From an uncultured virus (IMG/VR IMGVR_UViG_3300044825_002216) (Duplodnaviria; Heunggongvirae; Uroviricota; Caudoviricetes), in IMG/VR virus record IMGVR_UViG_3300044825_002216: 64,000 nucleotides of DNA; one strand, 5' to 3'. The notes beneath the pieces were generated by a model. That model worked only from the letters and a program-made list of their open reading frames with translations. It was not told the DNA's origin and did not search any database. Made by a program: the position numbers and the translations under genes. Positions 29,722 to 38,355 of the stretch are shown here, in pieces (positions within the stretch are counted from its first letter, which is position 1; each line of letters starts with the position of its first letter).

Positions 29722-30555
29722 CTACAGTTGGACTACGGTACCGGACAGGGGGACGGCGACCTTGAGCTGGCCGCCCGTCGAGGCGCGCTTGGCGTCGATC
29801 TGGATGAACACCAGGCCGTCGTCGTCGATCATCACGGCGGCGCGCACGTCCGCAACATCCGGCTCACGCGAGACCTGACGTTCGACTTCCGCGCGGAGCG
29901 CTGGAACGTCGTTCAGCAGCAGAATCTCCTTGGGGCGAAGCCCCAATCCGAAGTTCTCGGGCGGGATGTACGCGAAGTCGCCAGGGACCGCCGAAGCTCG
30001 GCGGTAGATCATCTTCTCCAGCAGCACGTCCCCGGACTGCTTCGCGTAGTCCCCGCCTGCCAGCGTCGGGATGATTCCCGAAGCCATCTGACTGTCCACG
30101 ACCACGTTGGCGATGTCCGCGGGCTCGGCTCGGTTCACGAGTACCTGACGCGGAGGGTGCTTGGCCCCGGCGCAGTCTCCCGAGGTTGCGCCCACGATCG
30201 GGTCGCCGTTCGCGTCGAGAATGCTCGGGAAGCTGACTTCGATCGTGCCGAAGCGGTCGGGAAACTTCTGGAGCGTGTACAGCTCGAACTGCCGCCCGTC
30301 GGTGTCCACCTGACGCACCGCGAGCAGGGTCAGCGGCGTTCCGTCGGCAGAGATGCTCCACGTCGAGACGTTCAGAGCAGCTCCGGCGAGCAGAGCAGTC
30401 CCCACGAGTGCGGAGTCCGTGAACGTCACGCGGACAGTCCGCTCGCTGTTGGCGAAGATGCTCTCCAGCGAGAAGGTGCCCGTTGCAGTGCCGATGCCCC
30501 ACGGACCTACGCCGTAGTAGTCGAGGCCGAAGCCCTGGTAGTTCGTCGGCATCAC
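29722..30555 (-). CDS. baseplate protein: Ig-like N-terminus plus gp25/gpW-like sheath initiator domain
   Basis: C-terminal PGDFAYIP.NFGLG...EVERQVSREPDV; position between spike and J. Confidence 0.7.
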   Translation of the reverse strand: MMPTNYQGFGLDYYGVGPWGIGTATGTFSLESIFANSERTVRVTFTDSALVGTALLAGAALNVSTWSISADGTPLTLLAVRQVDTDGRQFELYTLQKFPDRFGTIEVSFPSILDANGDPIVGATSGDCAGAKHPPRQVLVNRAEPADIANVVVDSQMASGIIPTLAGGDYAKQSGDVLLEKMIYRRASAVPGDFAYIPPENFGLGLRPKEILLLNDVPALRAEVERQVSREPDVADVRAAVMIDDDGLVFIQIDAKRASTGGQLKVAVPLSGTVVQL

Positions 30556-31322
30556 TTCACCTCCGTGTCCGTTGCTCGGGTCTCGGGGGCAGTCTGCGGT
30601 ACAGGCGCGGGGGGTGAAAAGGCCGCAGGCACCGCAGCAACACCGCCCGCCGACGCCACTCCAACGGTGACGCCCGAGACGGTAACAACGTGGGTGTGGG
30701 TGCTGAACGCTGTTACGAACTGCCCGATGGCCGTTTCCAGCGTTTTGATGCGGGTCTCGTGGTCGTCGAGCACGCTCTGGTTGGCGTTGCCCAGCACCGC
30801 AGGCTGAAGGTTCGTGTCCCCCAGCTTCACCTTGCCGGAGCCGCGAGCTTGCAGCCGAATGTCTCCGGCGCCGTCTACATCGACGAGAACAGCCCCGCCG
30901 CCATCGACGAAGAGCTTGTGGCTGTCCCCCGACTTCACGCGGGTCACCACGTCGTCGGTGATGTCCTCACCGTTGATCGCTTCCGGCGGGGGCGGCATCT
31001 GCCCGTTCCACAGCCGAGCGATGATGATGGGGCCCGCGTCTTGAATGCCCTCGGGCACGGCGATGACCACAACGTCGCCGACCTTCGGCTTCACCACGGA
31101 GCCGTACCCAGCGCCCGCGTAGTCGGACCCGACGAAGACGGTTTGCTCCTCCCCCGAGGGGATGAACTCCACATCGGCGAAGAGCCCCTGCTCTGCGTCG
31201 GAACCCGTCTCCGTGACGACCGCGAGAGTGATCCAAACGCGCGGGTCCACTCCCGGCCGCGAGACTGCGGACGCGAGCTTGCCCAGGTCGATCGTGCGCC
31301 GCGTGCGGCCCATTCGCCTCAT
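30552..31322 (-). CDS. baseplate central spike (gpV/Gp138-like)
   Basis: OB-fold PKVGDVVVIAVPEG, beta-helix, C-terminal HTH (His-x-His) metal tip. Confidence 0.85.
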   Translation of the reverse strand: MRRMGRTRRTIDLGKLASAVSRPGVDPRVWITLAVVTETGSDAEQGLFADVEFIPSGEEQTVFVGSDYAGAGYGSVVKPKVGDVVVIAVPEGIQDAGPIIIARLWNGQMPPPPEAINGEDITDDVVTRVKSGDSHKLFVDGGGAVLVDVDGAGDIRLQARGSGKVKLGDTNLQPAVLGNANQSVLDDHETRIKTLETAIGQFVTAFSTHTHVVTVSGVTVGVASAGGVAAVPAAFSPPAPVPQTAPETRATDTEVK

Positions 31323-33271
31323 CGGCGCCCCCGAGCGCGCAAGAGCGCTTCCATCACGCCCTGCTCCTCCGTCGGGCGATCCGACATATCGCGTCGGCGC
31401 GGCACTGGCGTTGACGTTGGCCGCGGTCGGCGGTCGGGAACCGACGTGCGCTTGCCAGGACTCGACGCCTGCTCGCCGCGAAGGAGCTGGTTCGTCTCCG
31501 CGCCCAGCAGGTCGTTGCGCACCACGAAGTAGTTTTGGAACTCGAAGCTCACGTTGAGCCCTTCGAGCGCCCAGGTGTAGTTGACGCTGGAGACGCGAAA
31601 GAAGTTCTGGATGCGCTGGATGCTCCCTCGCGAAGTCGCGAGGATCGCACGGGCCATTCGTTCGCTGCCGATGCGCTCGGTGATCTCTCGCAGCTCTTGC
31701 GCGAAGGGCTGCCGAAAGTGGTCGGCCGCATCGTTCGGGTTTGCCGCGCCGCGCAGGTTGCCGTCGAAGTAGAACTCCACCGCGTCACCAGGGCGCAAGC
31801 GGAGCAAGTCGGGGTCTTCGTTGCCAGCGCCGAAGCTGGACAAGTCCTTCGACTCGCACGTTCCGCCCATCTCGTTGCGCCCGATCTCGTTGAAGAGAGC
31901 CTGCGCAATGGTCAGCAGACGCTCGCGGTCGCGCACACCGTAGACGGGCACGTTCAACAAGTCGGTCTGTGACTGGCCCCCCGAAGGGGCCACACGGTTA
32001 CGTGCCGCCGCCTCGACTTGGCGCGACAGGGGAGCAGAGGGCGGCGGCACGCGGGGGCGAGGCGTCGGCGTGGCCGCGCCTGTGTTGCGCGGGGCGGGCG
32101 GGGGAGTCGGCGGCCATCGAGCCTCGATGATTCGCCCGTCTGAACCCGACGACGTGTGATCCACCGAAACGCACCGCACGACCTTCGGCTTCTGCGAGCC
32201 GCCGTACTTCCGATTGAACTTCAGCGAGCTGATGTTCCGTCCGTAGACCATCCGACGGACAGTCCACGGGGGGACACCATCAGCTTTACGCGGGCGGTTG
32301 GGGTCGAACGGCGTTCGCGTGGCCGGACCCAGGCCGTTCGAGAGCTGATCGAAGTACCCAAGTGCGGGACGAATGTGCAGCTCGCGCCCCGCGAAGAACG
32401 GGATCGCGCCGACGAGGTAGCACATGCGAACGATCGCATCCCAATAGGTCATCTCCCCGCCCCCAGGAGGGGCAGCGTGCCCGCCGCCGCGCCTTCCACG
32501 AGCGCCGCGTCGGTGACGGGGGACCAAGTTGGACGGCATCGCTGCGGGAACGCGGCTCTTCGGCCACTCCGTAGGATCGACGACAATCTCGATCCGCTCC
32601 CCTGCCGGATGCATGTGCAGCAAGTCGCCGATCACGCCATCGAGCGGGCGACTCATGTCGAGCTTGTTCATCTCGCGCATGGTCAGCGGAGAGTCGAGGA
32701 AGAGGCCGCGAAGGTCTCGCCCCTTGATGGAGATTTCCGCTCCGCTCTCCCCGTACTCCACGTCCCACTCGTCGGCGATGCCAACCAAGAGGATCGTGCG
32801 GTCGTTCGGGTTGTTCTTGTCGTCTCGGGTGCGGAGGATCGAGCGGCGAGACCCGTCAGCAGCGATGCGAGACATGCCCTCCGCGAAGTTGTCGGGCGTG
32901 ACGACGCCCATGTGAATCTCAACCGAGACCGCTCGCACGGTGCGCGGGTCGATGGGCAGGTCTCGGAAGTCGAGCGAGATGTCGAAGCTCGCAGCCTGAC
33001 GCGAAGAGGGCATCTCCACGTTGCACCGCTTGGGCACCCGGTTCATCACGAACACGGGCGCCTTGTCCCCGGTGTATGGCGCGTTGGGGACGGTGGAAGC
33101 TGCGATCACGCGAGGCGCTGTGTCCGCAACACGAGCGCCCGCGATCGAGTCCGCGGCCTCCTCAGTCGAGATCGGTGCTCCCGGCGTCACGCTCGCGAGC
33201 AGCGCTTCGTCGAACACGATCTCAAGGTTCACGACGCAGGAGGGGTAATAGACGTGCTCAGCGGTCGGCAT
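31319..33271 (-). CDS. baseplate hub protein (gp27/Mu gp44-like)
   Basis: ISIKGRDLRGLFLD and LRPGDAV motifs; synteny; start ATG 33271. Confidence 0.75.
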   Translation of the reverse strand: MPTAEHVYYPSCVVNLEIVFDEALLASVTPGAPISTEEAADSIAGARVADTAPRVIAASTVPNAPYTGDKAPVFVMNRVPKRCNVEMPSSRQAASFDISLDFRDLPIDPRTVRAVSVEIHMGVVTPDNFAEGMSRIAADGSRRSILRTRDDKNNPNDRTILLVGIADEWDVEYGESGAEISIKGRDLRGLFLDSPLTMREMNKLDMSRPLDGVIGDLLHMHPAGERIEIVVDPTEWPKSRVPAAMPSNLVPRHRRGARGRRGGGHAAPPGGGEMTYWDAIVRMCYLVGAIPFFAGRELHIRPALGYFDQLSNGLGPATRTPFDPNRPRKADGVPPWTVRRMVYGRNISSLKFNRKYGGSQKPKVVRCVSVDHTSSGSDGRIIEARWPPTPPPAPRNTGAATPTPRPRVPPPSAPLSRQVEAAARNRVAPSGGQSQTDLLNVPVYGVRDRERLLTIAQALFNEIGRNEMGGTCESKDLSSFGAGNEDPDLLRLRPGDAVEFYFDGNLRGAANPNDAADHFRQPFAQELREITERIGSERMARAILATSRGSIQRIQNFFRVSSVNYTWALEGLNVSFEFQNYFVVRNDLLGAETNQLLRGEQASSPGKRTSVPDRRPRPTSTPVPRRRDMSDRPTEEQGVMEALLRARGRR

Positions 33272-33273
33272 CG

Positions 33274-34428
33274 CTAGACCGTACCCGTGTCCATGCGAGG
33301 GACCAACACGAGTTGTCCGGCCGACAGCTCGGGGGTCTTCAAGTCGTTGTACAGGAGCAGCTCGCGCCAGTTGTTCGGGCTGCCGTAGTACGTGGTGCTC
33401 ACTTCGCGCAGGGTCTCGCCTCTCTTCGCGTAGTAGATGGCGAGCAGGTCGGACTCCAACGTCGCTCCGAGATTGCGGCGCTCGATCGCGGCCTGACGCT
33501 TCATCACGCGCGCGTTGAAGACAGCCTCCGTGCGGTAGGCGAGCTGCTCTACCTGCAAGGCGAAGTTGTCGACGATCTTGCCGTCGCGGAAGTTGCCGAA
33601 GAACAGCTCCTCGGGCGCTACGAAGTCGAACAGGTCGATCACTTCCTGCGCGGAGCCGACGATCGAGCCGCACAACGACATGCAGTTGCGCGCGAGGTCG
33701 AGCGGTGCCTGCGCATCGCCGACGTACCCCGAGATGGCGTTGCCGTACTGGTTGACTGCCGCCTGCCCCTGCGCCACCGCGCGGTTCACGTTGGCGAACC
33801 ACTCGCGATAGGTCGGCGTGCTCGGGCGGTCGTTGATGCTCGCGTCGAGCAGGTTCGACGTGCCGCGAATTGCGCGATGCCCGTCTCCAGGCCGAGGGCG
33901 CTCGACGACGGGAGACGGCGCGGGCGGGTCGCCTTGTGAGACCCACTGGAACGTGCAGGTCCACGCGCAGTCGTTGGTGTTCTTCCACGACTGCTTGAAG
34001 GACGTGAGCAGCCCGCGTCGCGTGATGCGCCCCCAGCTCACTTGAAGGAGCTGGCCAGACCGACGGATGTTGTCGACCAGCTCGACGAGCCGCTCAACAG
34101 TTTCGATCGTCGAGCCGTTGGCCTGCGCAGGGCCCGGTCGGGTGCTGGTTTCTGCGCTGCTCACGAACGCGGTGCCGCGAAGAAACTTGTCCTTCCACTC
34201 GCCGTTGACCGTGGTGTCGTCTTCCTCGGTACCCGTAACCGTCGCTGTCGCGATGGGGTTACCGGGGTACCGAGTGATCTCTGCTTTGAGAGAACCCGAC
34301 AGGTCGAGCGGCGCGTACGGCAGCGCCCGGCCCGTGAGCCGCAGCTCACGCTGCCGTCCCGTGAGCTCCTTGATGATGAAGGCAGGAACGACAGGCGCGA
34401 AGTCGTCGGTCTGTGCGATCGTTGCCAT
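33274..34428 (-). CDS. tail tube initiator with C-terminal LysM domain
   Basis: AKRGETLREVSTTYYGSPNNWRELLLYN..LSAGQLVLVP. Confidence 0.85.
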   Translation of the reverse strand: MATIAQTDDFAPVVPAFIIKELTGRQRELRLTGRALPYAPLDLSGSLKAEITRYPGNPIATATVTGTEEDDTTVNGEWKDKFLRGTAFVSSAETSTRPGPAQANGSTIETVERLVELVDNIRRSGQLLQVSWGRITRRGLLTSFKQSWKNTNDCAWTCTFQWVSQGDPPAPSPVVERPRPGDGHRAIRGTSNLLDASINDRPSTPTYREWFANVNRAVAQGQAAVNQYGNAISGYVGDAQAPLDLARNCMSLCGSIVGSAQEVIDLFDFVAPEELFFGNFRDGKIVDNFALQVEQLAYRTEAVFNARVMKRQAAIERRNLGATLESDLLAIYYAKRGETLREVSTTYYGSPNNWRELLLYNDLKTPELSAGQLVLVPRMDTGTV

Positions 34429-34431
34429 GGC

Positions 34432-36492
34432 TCACCGGATGGAGAAGAGGGGCTCGAAGCCGCCCTGGAGGCGGTTGCTCGCGGCAGTTTCGAGGTCGGT
34501 AATGAAACCGGCCGCGATGCGGTCAGGGTCGAAGCCTTCGGCAAACTTCTGCGTGATGTCGAAGTTCGACCCGCGGAAGTCGTTGTGCGTGTGGTTGCCA
34601 CCACGAGCACTCGGGGTGCGCGCCCCTCGAATACGGTTCTCGGCCGCCGCCTGCTGCTGACCCTGCTGGGTGATGTGAGAGAGCCGCTCCAGCGCACGCG
34701 AGATGGGATCGTCTGGGTTGAGCCCTGCGCGGTTGGCGGCGTTCGCCTCTCGCAAGCTCTGACCGAGCCTCGCGAGAAGGTCACCGATCGCCGTCATCAC
34801 GGTTCGGATGCCCTCGGCGAGCCAGTTGAACGCGGGCACAACGTGCTCTCGAACGCTCTGCCACATATAGGTCAAGACGATGCCCAGCATCTCGAACGCG
34901 GGCAGCAAGATTTGCGAGATGCCGCTGAACAAGCTCTGCACGCCGGACAGGACCGTGTTGAACGCGGGCGAAAGCTCCTCGCTGATCTGATTGACCAGCG
35001 TGGACACGTACGCGAGGTACACCGCAAGGCCCTGCACAACCTGCGAAACCACGTCCACGAGGTAGGGCAGCACCATGGCGAGGCCGTTGCCGACTCCTTC
35101 GCCGAGCGTGCCGAAGATCGAGGTGACCTGATAGAAGACCATCATCAGGCCGTCGAGCACGCCGACGAGCCCTTCCATCACCTGACCGACTTCCTCAGTG
35201 TGGGTGAGGAACTGCGCGAATCCCATCGTCAGGATGCCGACGATGGGGCCGCCGACGACGGAAGCGGCAACGCCAAGCGCACCCGTCTGATTGGTGCTGG
35301 CGCCACTACCGTGTGCCAGCTCGTCGCGGAGAAAGGCGAACCGCGTTTGGAAGTTCGCGAACGCCGTCATCAGCGGGCTGCCGTTTCGGAACACCGAGCT
35401 GAGCCGCTCGCTCAGCTTTGCAGCCATCAGAGTGATGAAGCTCGTGAGGCCCGCCCCCGCGCTCTTGATCTGATCCTCGTACCTAGAGAGGATGCCGTTC
35501 ATCACCCTCATCGAGTCTTTGAGCGCATCGAAGAGCGGCGCGGTGATTGCGCGCTTGATCCCCGAGATGTGGCCCTCGAACTCGCCCGAGATCGCGGAGT
35601 ACGAGTTCGCCGCACGGTCGATCATGGGCTGAAGCGACGCGAAGGAGCCCTGCAACAGCGTCAAACGCTGCTGCTGCGTCATTGCGTTGAACTGCTGCGC
35701 ACTCACCGTCGCCTGGTTCAGGCCGCGCCGGTAGCTGTTGATGAACGGCAGCATCCTTTGGAAGGTCGCAACGTCGGCACCAGCGCCAGCGGTGCCCTCG
35801 CGGGTCATCAGATTCATGTCGCGGCCGATCTGAGAGGCGTCGATGCCGAGCGATCGGCCGATGGCGGCGAACTGATTGGAGAAGGCCAACATCTGATCGA
35901 GGTTGTTGTTGAACCCCGATGCGAGCGACGAGATGCCAGACTGGAAGACGGTGATGTACTCGCTCGTCTCACCAGGCAGGCGGGCAGCCGCAGCATTGAT
36001 GCGGTTGAGCGCTGTCTCAGCCATGGCGACACCGCCCTCGATGTTCTCTGCGAACCCGAGAGCGGTGAACGTGCCCGCCATGGTGTTGTTCATGTCTTCG
36101 GCGTTCTGGTGCAGACCGACGATCTGATCCGAGATGCCAGAGATGGACGACGCCACGTACCCGGCAGCCATGCCGATCGTACCGATGCCAGAGGCGAGCC
36201 CCATGATGCCCGCGGACCCTCCCGCACCACCGGCCGCTTGGCCGATGCCAGTGATGCGAGAGGTGATCGACGAGATGGCCCCGCCCGTGCCCTTGCTGGC
36301 GACGTTGGCAGCGGTCTCCGTGCTGGAAAAGAGCTTCTTGACCCTCTCCATCACGCCGATGATGTTGCCCGCCGTCTTGACCGTCTGATTGACCAGACGG
36401 ATGCCGACGCCAACGTCATAGGCGATCTTCTGAGCCTTGGTTTGGCCTTCGCCTCCCCCGCCTCCCCCGCCCTCGCCGCCTTCCTCTGCCAT
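34432..36492 (-). CDS. tape measure protein
   Basis: 686 aa A/G-rich helical sequence downstream of the chaperones. Confidence 0.88.
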   Translation of the reverse strand: MAEEGGEGGGGGGGEGQTKAQKIAYDVGVGIRLVNQTVKTAGNIIGVMERVKKLFSSTETAANVASKGTGGAISSITSRITGIGQAAGGAGGSAGIMGLASGIGTIGMAAGYVASSISGISDQIVGLHQNAEDMNNTMAGTFTALGFAENIEGGVAMAETALNRINAAAARLPGETSEYITVFQSGISSLASGFNNNLDQMLAFSNQFAAIGRSLGIDASQIGRDMNLMTREGTAGAGADVATFQRMLPFINSYRRGLNQATVSAQQFNAMTQQQRLTLLQGSFASLQPMIDRAANSYSAISGEFEGHISGIKRAITAPLFDALKDSMRVMNGILSRYEDQIKSAGAGLTSFITLMAAKLSERLSSVFRNGSPLMTAFANFQTRFAFLRDELAHGSGASTNQTGALGVAASVVGGPIVGILTMGFAQFLTHTEEVGQVMEGLVGVLDGLMMVFYQVTSIFGTLGEGVGNGLAMVLPYLVDVVSQVVQGLAVYLAYVSTLVNQISEELSPAFNTVLSGVQSLFSGISQILLPAFEMLGIVLTYMWQSVREHVVPAFNWLAEGIRTVMTAIGDLLARLGQSLREANAANRAGLNPDDPISRALERLSHITQQGQQQAAAENRIRGARTPSARGGNHTHNDFRGSNFDITQKFAEGFDPDRIAAGFITDLETAASNRLQGGFEPLFSIR

Positions 36493-36728
36493 CAGTCGCT
36501 ACCTTTCAGTGCACTGGCTTCCTCTTCGAGAATCTCACCGAGAGTCTCGGAGAAGGCGATCACGCGGGACTTAGGCCACCGGAGGATCACGTCTGCGCTC
36601 GTATGCCCGTACCGAGCGCAGAACGCGACGAGCTTCATCATCCTCCGCGCGTAGACGGCTACGTCCTCTTCGAGGTAGCCGAAGACGAACGCCGGAAAGG
36701 TCAGCCCTTCCGGCTCGCGAGAAAACCC
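36492..36728 (-). CDS. tail assembly chaperone, -1 frameshift extension (gpGT-like)
   Basis: Open -1 frame entered at slippery G GGT TTT (36728-36722), ending at the TMP start. Confidence 0.75.
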   Translation of the reverse strand, partial: GFSREPEGLTFPAFVFGYLEEDVAVYARRMMKLVAFCARYGHTSADVILRWPKSRVIAFSETLGEILEEEASALKGSD

Positions 36729-37069
36729 ACGAGGTCGTTCTGCCCCGCTTGGTTGTTCTCCGCGTAGGCGCTCATCACCAGGTTGCGCAGCTTCGGCCCG
36801 AGAGAGGTCCACGCGGTTTCCGCGCTCCCGTCTCCGAGCGAAACGGGCGTCCCGTTGACGGTCGCGAGGCTCTGCAACGCGAGCTCGAAGGCCAAGCGCG
36901 CAGCGTCACCGCGGGCGCGCTTGGTGGCTTCGATCTCGTCGAGCGGCTGGAGCTCCGCGACGCCGATCGTCTTCACGATGACGCCCTTGCTCGTCCTCTG
37001 GAGCGAGGCAGGCACGTCGTACGTGTAGACGGTCCGCGCGCTGGGCTTGATGTCGAGTTCTTTTGCCAT
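36701..37069 (-). CDS. tail assembly chaperone (gpG-like)
   Basis: Between tube and TMP; GAGGAG SD; slippery site near its 3' end. Confidence 0.8.
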   Translation of the reverse strand: MAKELDIKPSARTVYTYDVPASLQRTSKGVIVKTIGVAELQPLDEIEATKRARGDAARLAFELALQSLATVNGTPVSLGDGSAETAWTSLGPKLRNLVMSAYAENNQAGQNDLVGFLASRKG

Positions 37070-37096
37070 GTTCTACTCCTCTTCGAGGCAGCTCTC

Positions 37097-37534
37097 TTAC
37101 GAGAGGATGGTTCGGGCCTCGCTCGCTTCCATGTCGAGCGAGGTGGTCCCGTAGTCCGAGCGGCTCCCGAAGTTCACGGGAATCTCGCCGAACTCCACGT
37201 CGGGAATGATGATGCGGGCGCGCGTACCATCCGGGTAGTTCAGCGTCGCCTTGATGTTGATGGTCGAGCCGGGGACTCGGCGCTTGGCCTTCTCGACGAT
37301 CCGCACGAACAGCGCCAGCGCTTGCCGGTCGTCGTGGTGGACCTCCATCGAGCAGGAGACGCCCTTGAAGATCGAGTCCTTCCGCTCCGTGCGCTCACCG
37401 AGGTAGCCCTCGGACATGAGCTCCAGTTGGAACTTGAAGTCGAACGACTTGATGGCGGTGAGGCTCCCCACCATCTGACCGTTATCCATCATCAGAACGT
37501 CGACTTCCTGACCCTTGATTCTGTTCCCCGACAT
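37097..37534 (-). CDS. tail tube protein
   Basis: 145-aa beta-rich protein after the sheath; AAGGAGAGG SD. Confidence 0.8.
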   Translation of the reverse strand: MSGNRIKGQEVDVLMMDNGQMVGSLTAIKSFDFKFQLELMSEGYLGERTERKDSIFKGVSCSMEVHHDDRQALALFVRIVEKAKRRVPGSTINIKATLNYPDGTRARIIIPDVEFGEIPVNFGSRSDYGTTSLDMEASEARTILS

Positions 37535-37562
37535 TTGACCTCTCCTTATTTTGTTCTAGGCT
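37535..37562 (+). promoter_or_regulatory. sigma70-like promoter for a leaderless HNH transcript
   Basis: TTGACC-N16-TAGGCT, then 7 nt to ATG 37570. Confidence 0.55.
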
Positions 37563-37569
37563 CTCCCCC

Positions 37570-38229
37570 ATGAGGAAGATCGACCTAGTTGGGCGCGTTT
37601 ACGACAGGCTGACGGTCCTTCGGGAAGGTGACAGCCAGGGAGACAGACCAACCTACGTTTGCCGATGCTCGTGCGGCAAGGAGGTTACGGTTAGAGCAGA
37701 GCTGCTGCGAGCCGGTCGCACGAAATCGTGCGGGTGCCTTCGTGTCGAGCTGGGGCGCGCTATGGGCGCCAAAACCAACCTGCGCCACGGCGAGGGCGGC
37801 AACGGGAAAGAGACAGCCGAGTACCGTGCCTGGGCGTCCATGCTCTCGCGGTGCAGCAACGAGAGCCACACACTCTTTCGCCACTACGGCGGCAGGGGCA
37901 TCTCGGTATGTGAGCGGTGGCACACGTACGAGAACTTCCTCGCGGACATGGGACGCAGGCCCTCGGCCAACCACTCCATCGACCGCATCAGCAACGACGG
38001 GAACTACGAGCCGTCGAACTGCCGGTGGGCGACCAGCACCGAGCAGAACAACAATCGACGGCCCGCAGTCGGCGTCGGAAGGCCCGTGCGTCGCCTCTTC
38101 GTTGCAGGCGAGTGGCGCACGCTGGCTGACTGGCTTGCGCTCGTGAGAATCCCCGCAACGACCTTCTACAGGCGAGTCAGGGAAGGCAAGCCCGCAGAAG
38201 ATGTGATCCGCGAAGCGCTCCTTTCCTGA
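37570..38229 (+). CDS. free-standing HNH homing endonuclease between sheath and tube, antisense
   Basis: CRCSCG, KSCGC, EYRAWASMLSRC, YGGRGISVCERW, SIDRISNDGNYEPSNCRWA; paralog of 29068-29703. Confidence 0.9.
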   Translation: MRKIDLVGRVYDRLTVLREGDSQGDRPTYVCRCSCGKEVTVRAELLRAGRTKSCGCLRVELGRAMGAKTNLRHGEGGNGKETAEYRAWASMLSRCSNESHTLFRHYGGRGISVCERWHTYENFLADMGRRPSANHSIDRISNDGNYEPSNCRWATSTEQNNNRRPAVGVGRPVRRLFVAGEWRTLADWLALVRIPATTFYRRVREGKPAEDVIREALLS

Positions 38230-38355
38230 TTCGACTGTCATGGCGAGTCCTCCCTGCGGAAACGAAGAGGGCCGAGCAGCGGGTGGCTGGCTCGGCCCTA
38301 TCCCCCTTTTGGGGTGCGGCTTCGCTGCGGGTAGGCCCGCAGTACGGCGATGCTA

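Noticed and set aside
31319..33988. 889-aa version of the baseplate hub ORF, and 5' extensions of ORFs 13882-15222, 17840-19219, 7019-8929, 4409-5482 and 40352-41218
   Set aside because: Extensions overlap upstream real genes in another frame; coupled downstream starts fit better
34042..36654. 870-aa + strand ORF, and similar long ORFs at 21836-23923, 38971-40383, 43099-44757, 54013-55599 and 61305-62924
   Set aside because: Antisense shadows of genes with high GC3 bias; R/G/A-rich with no motifs
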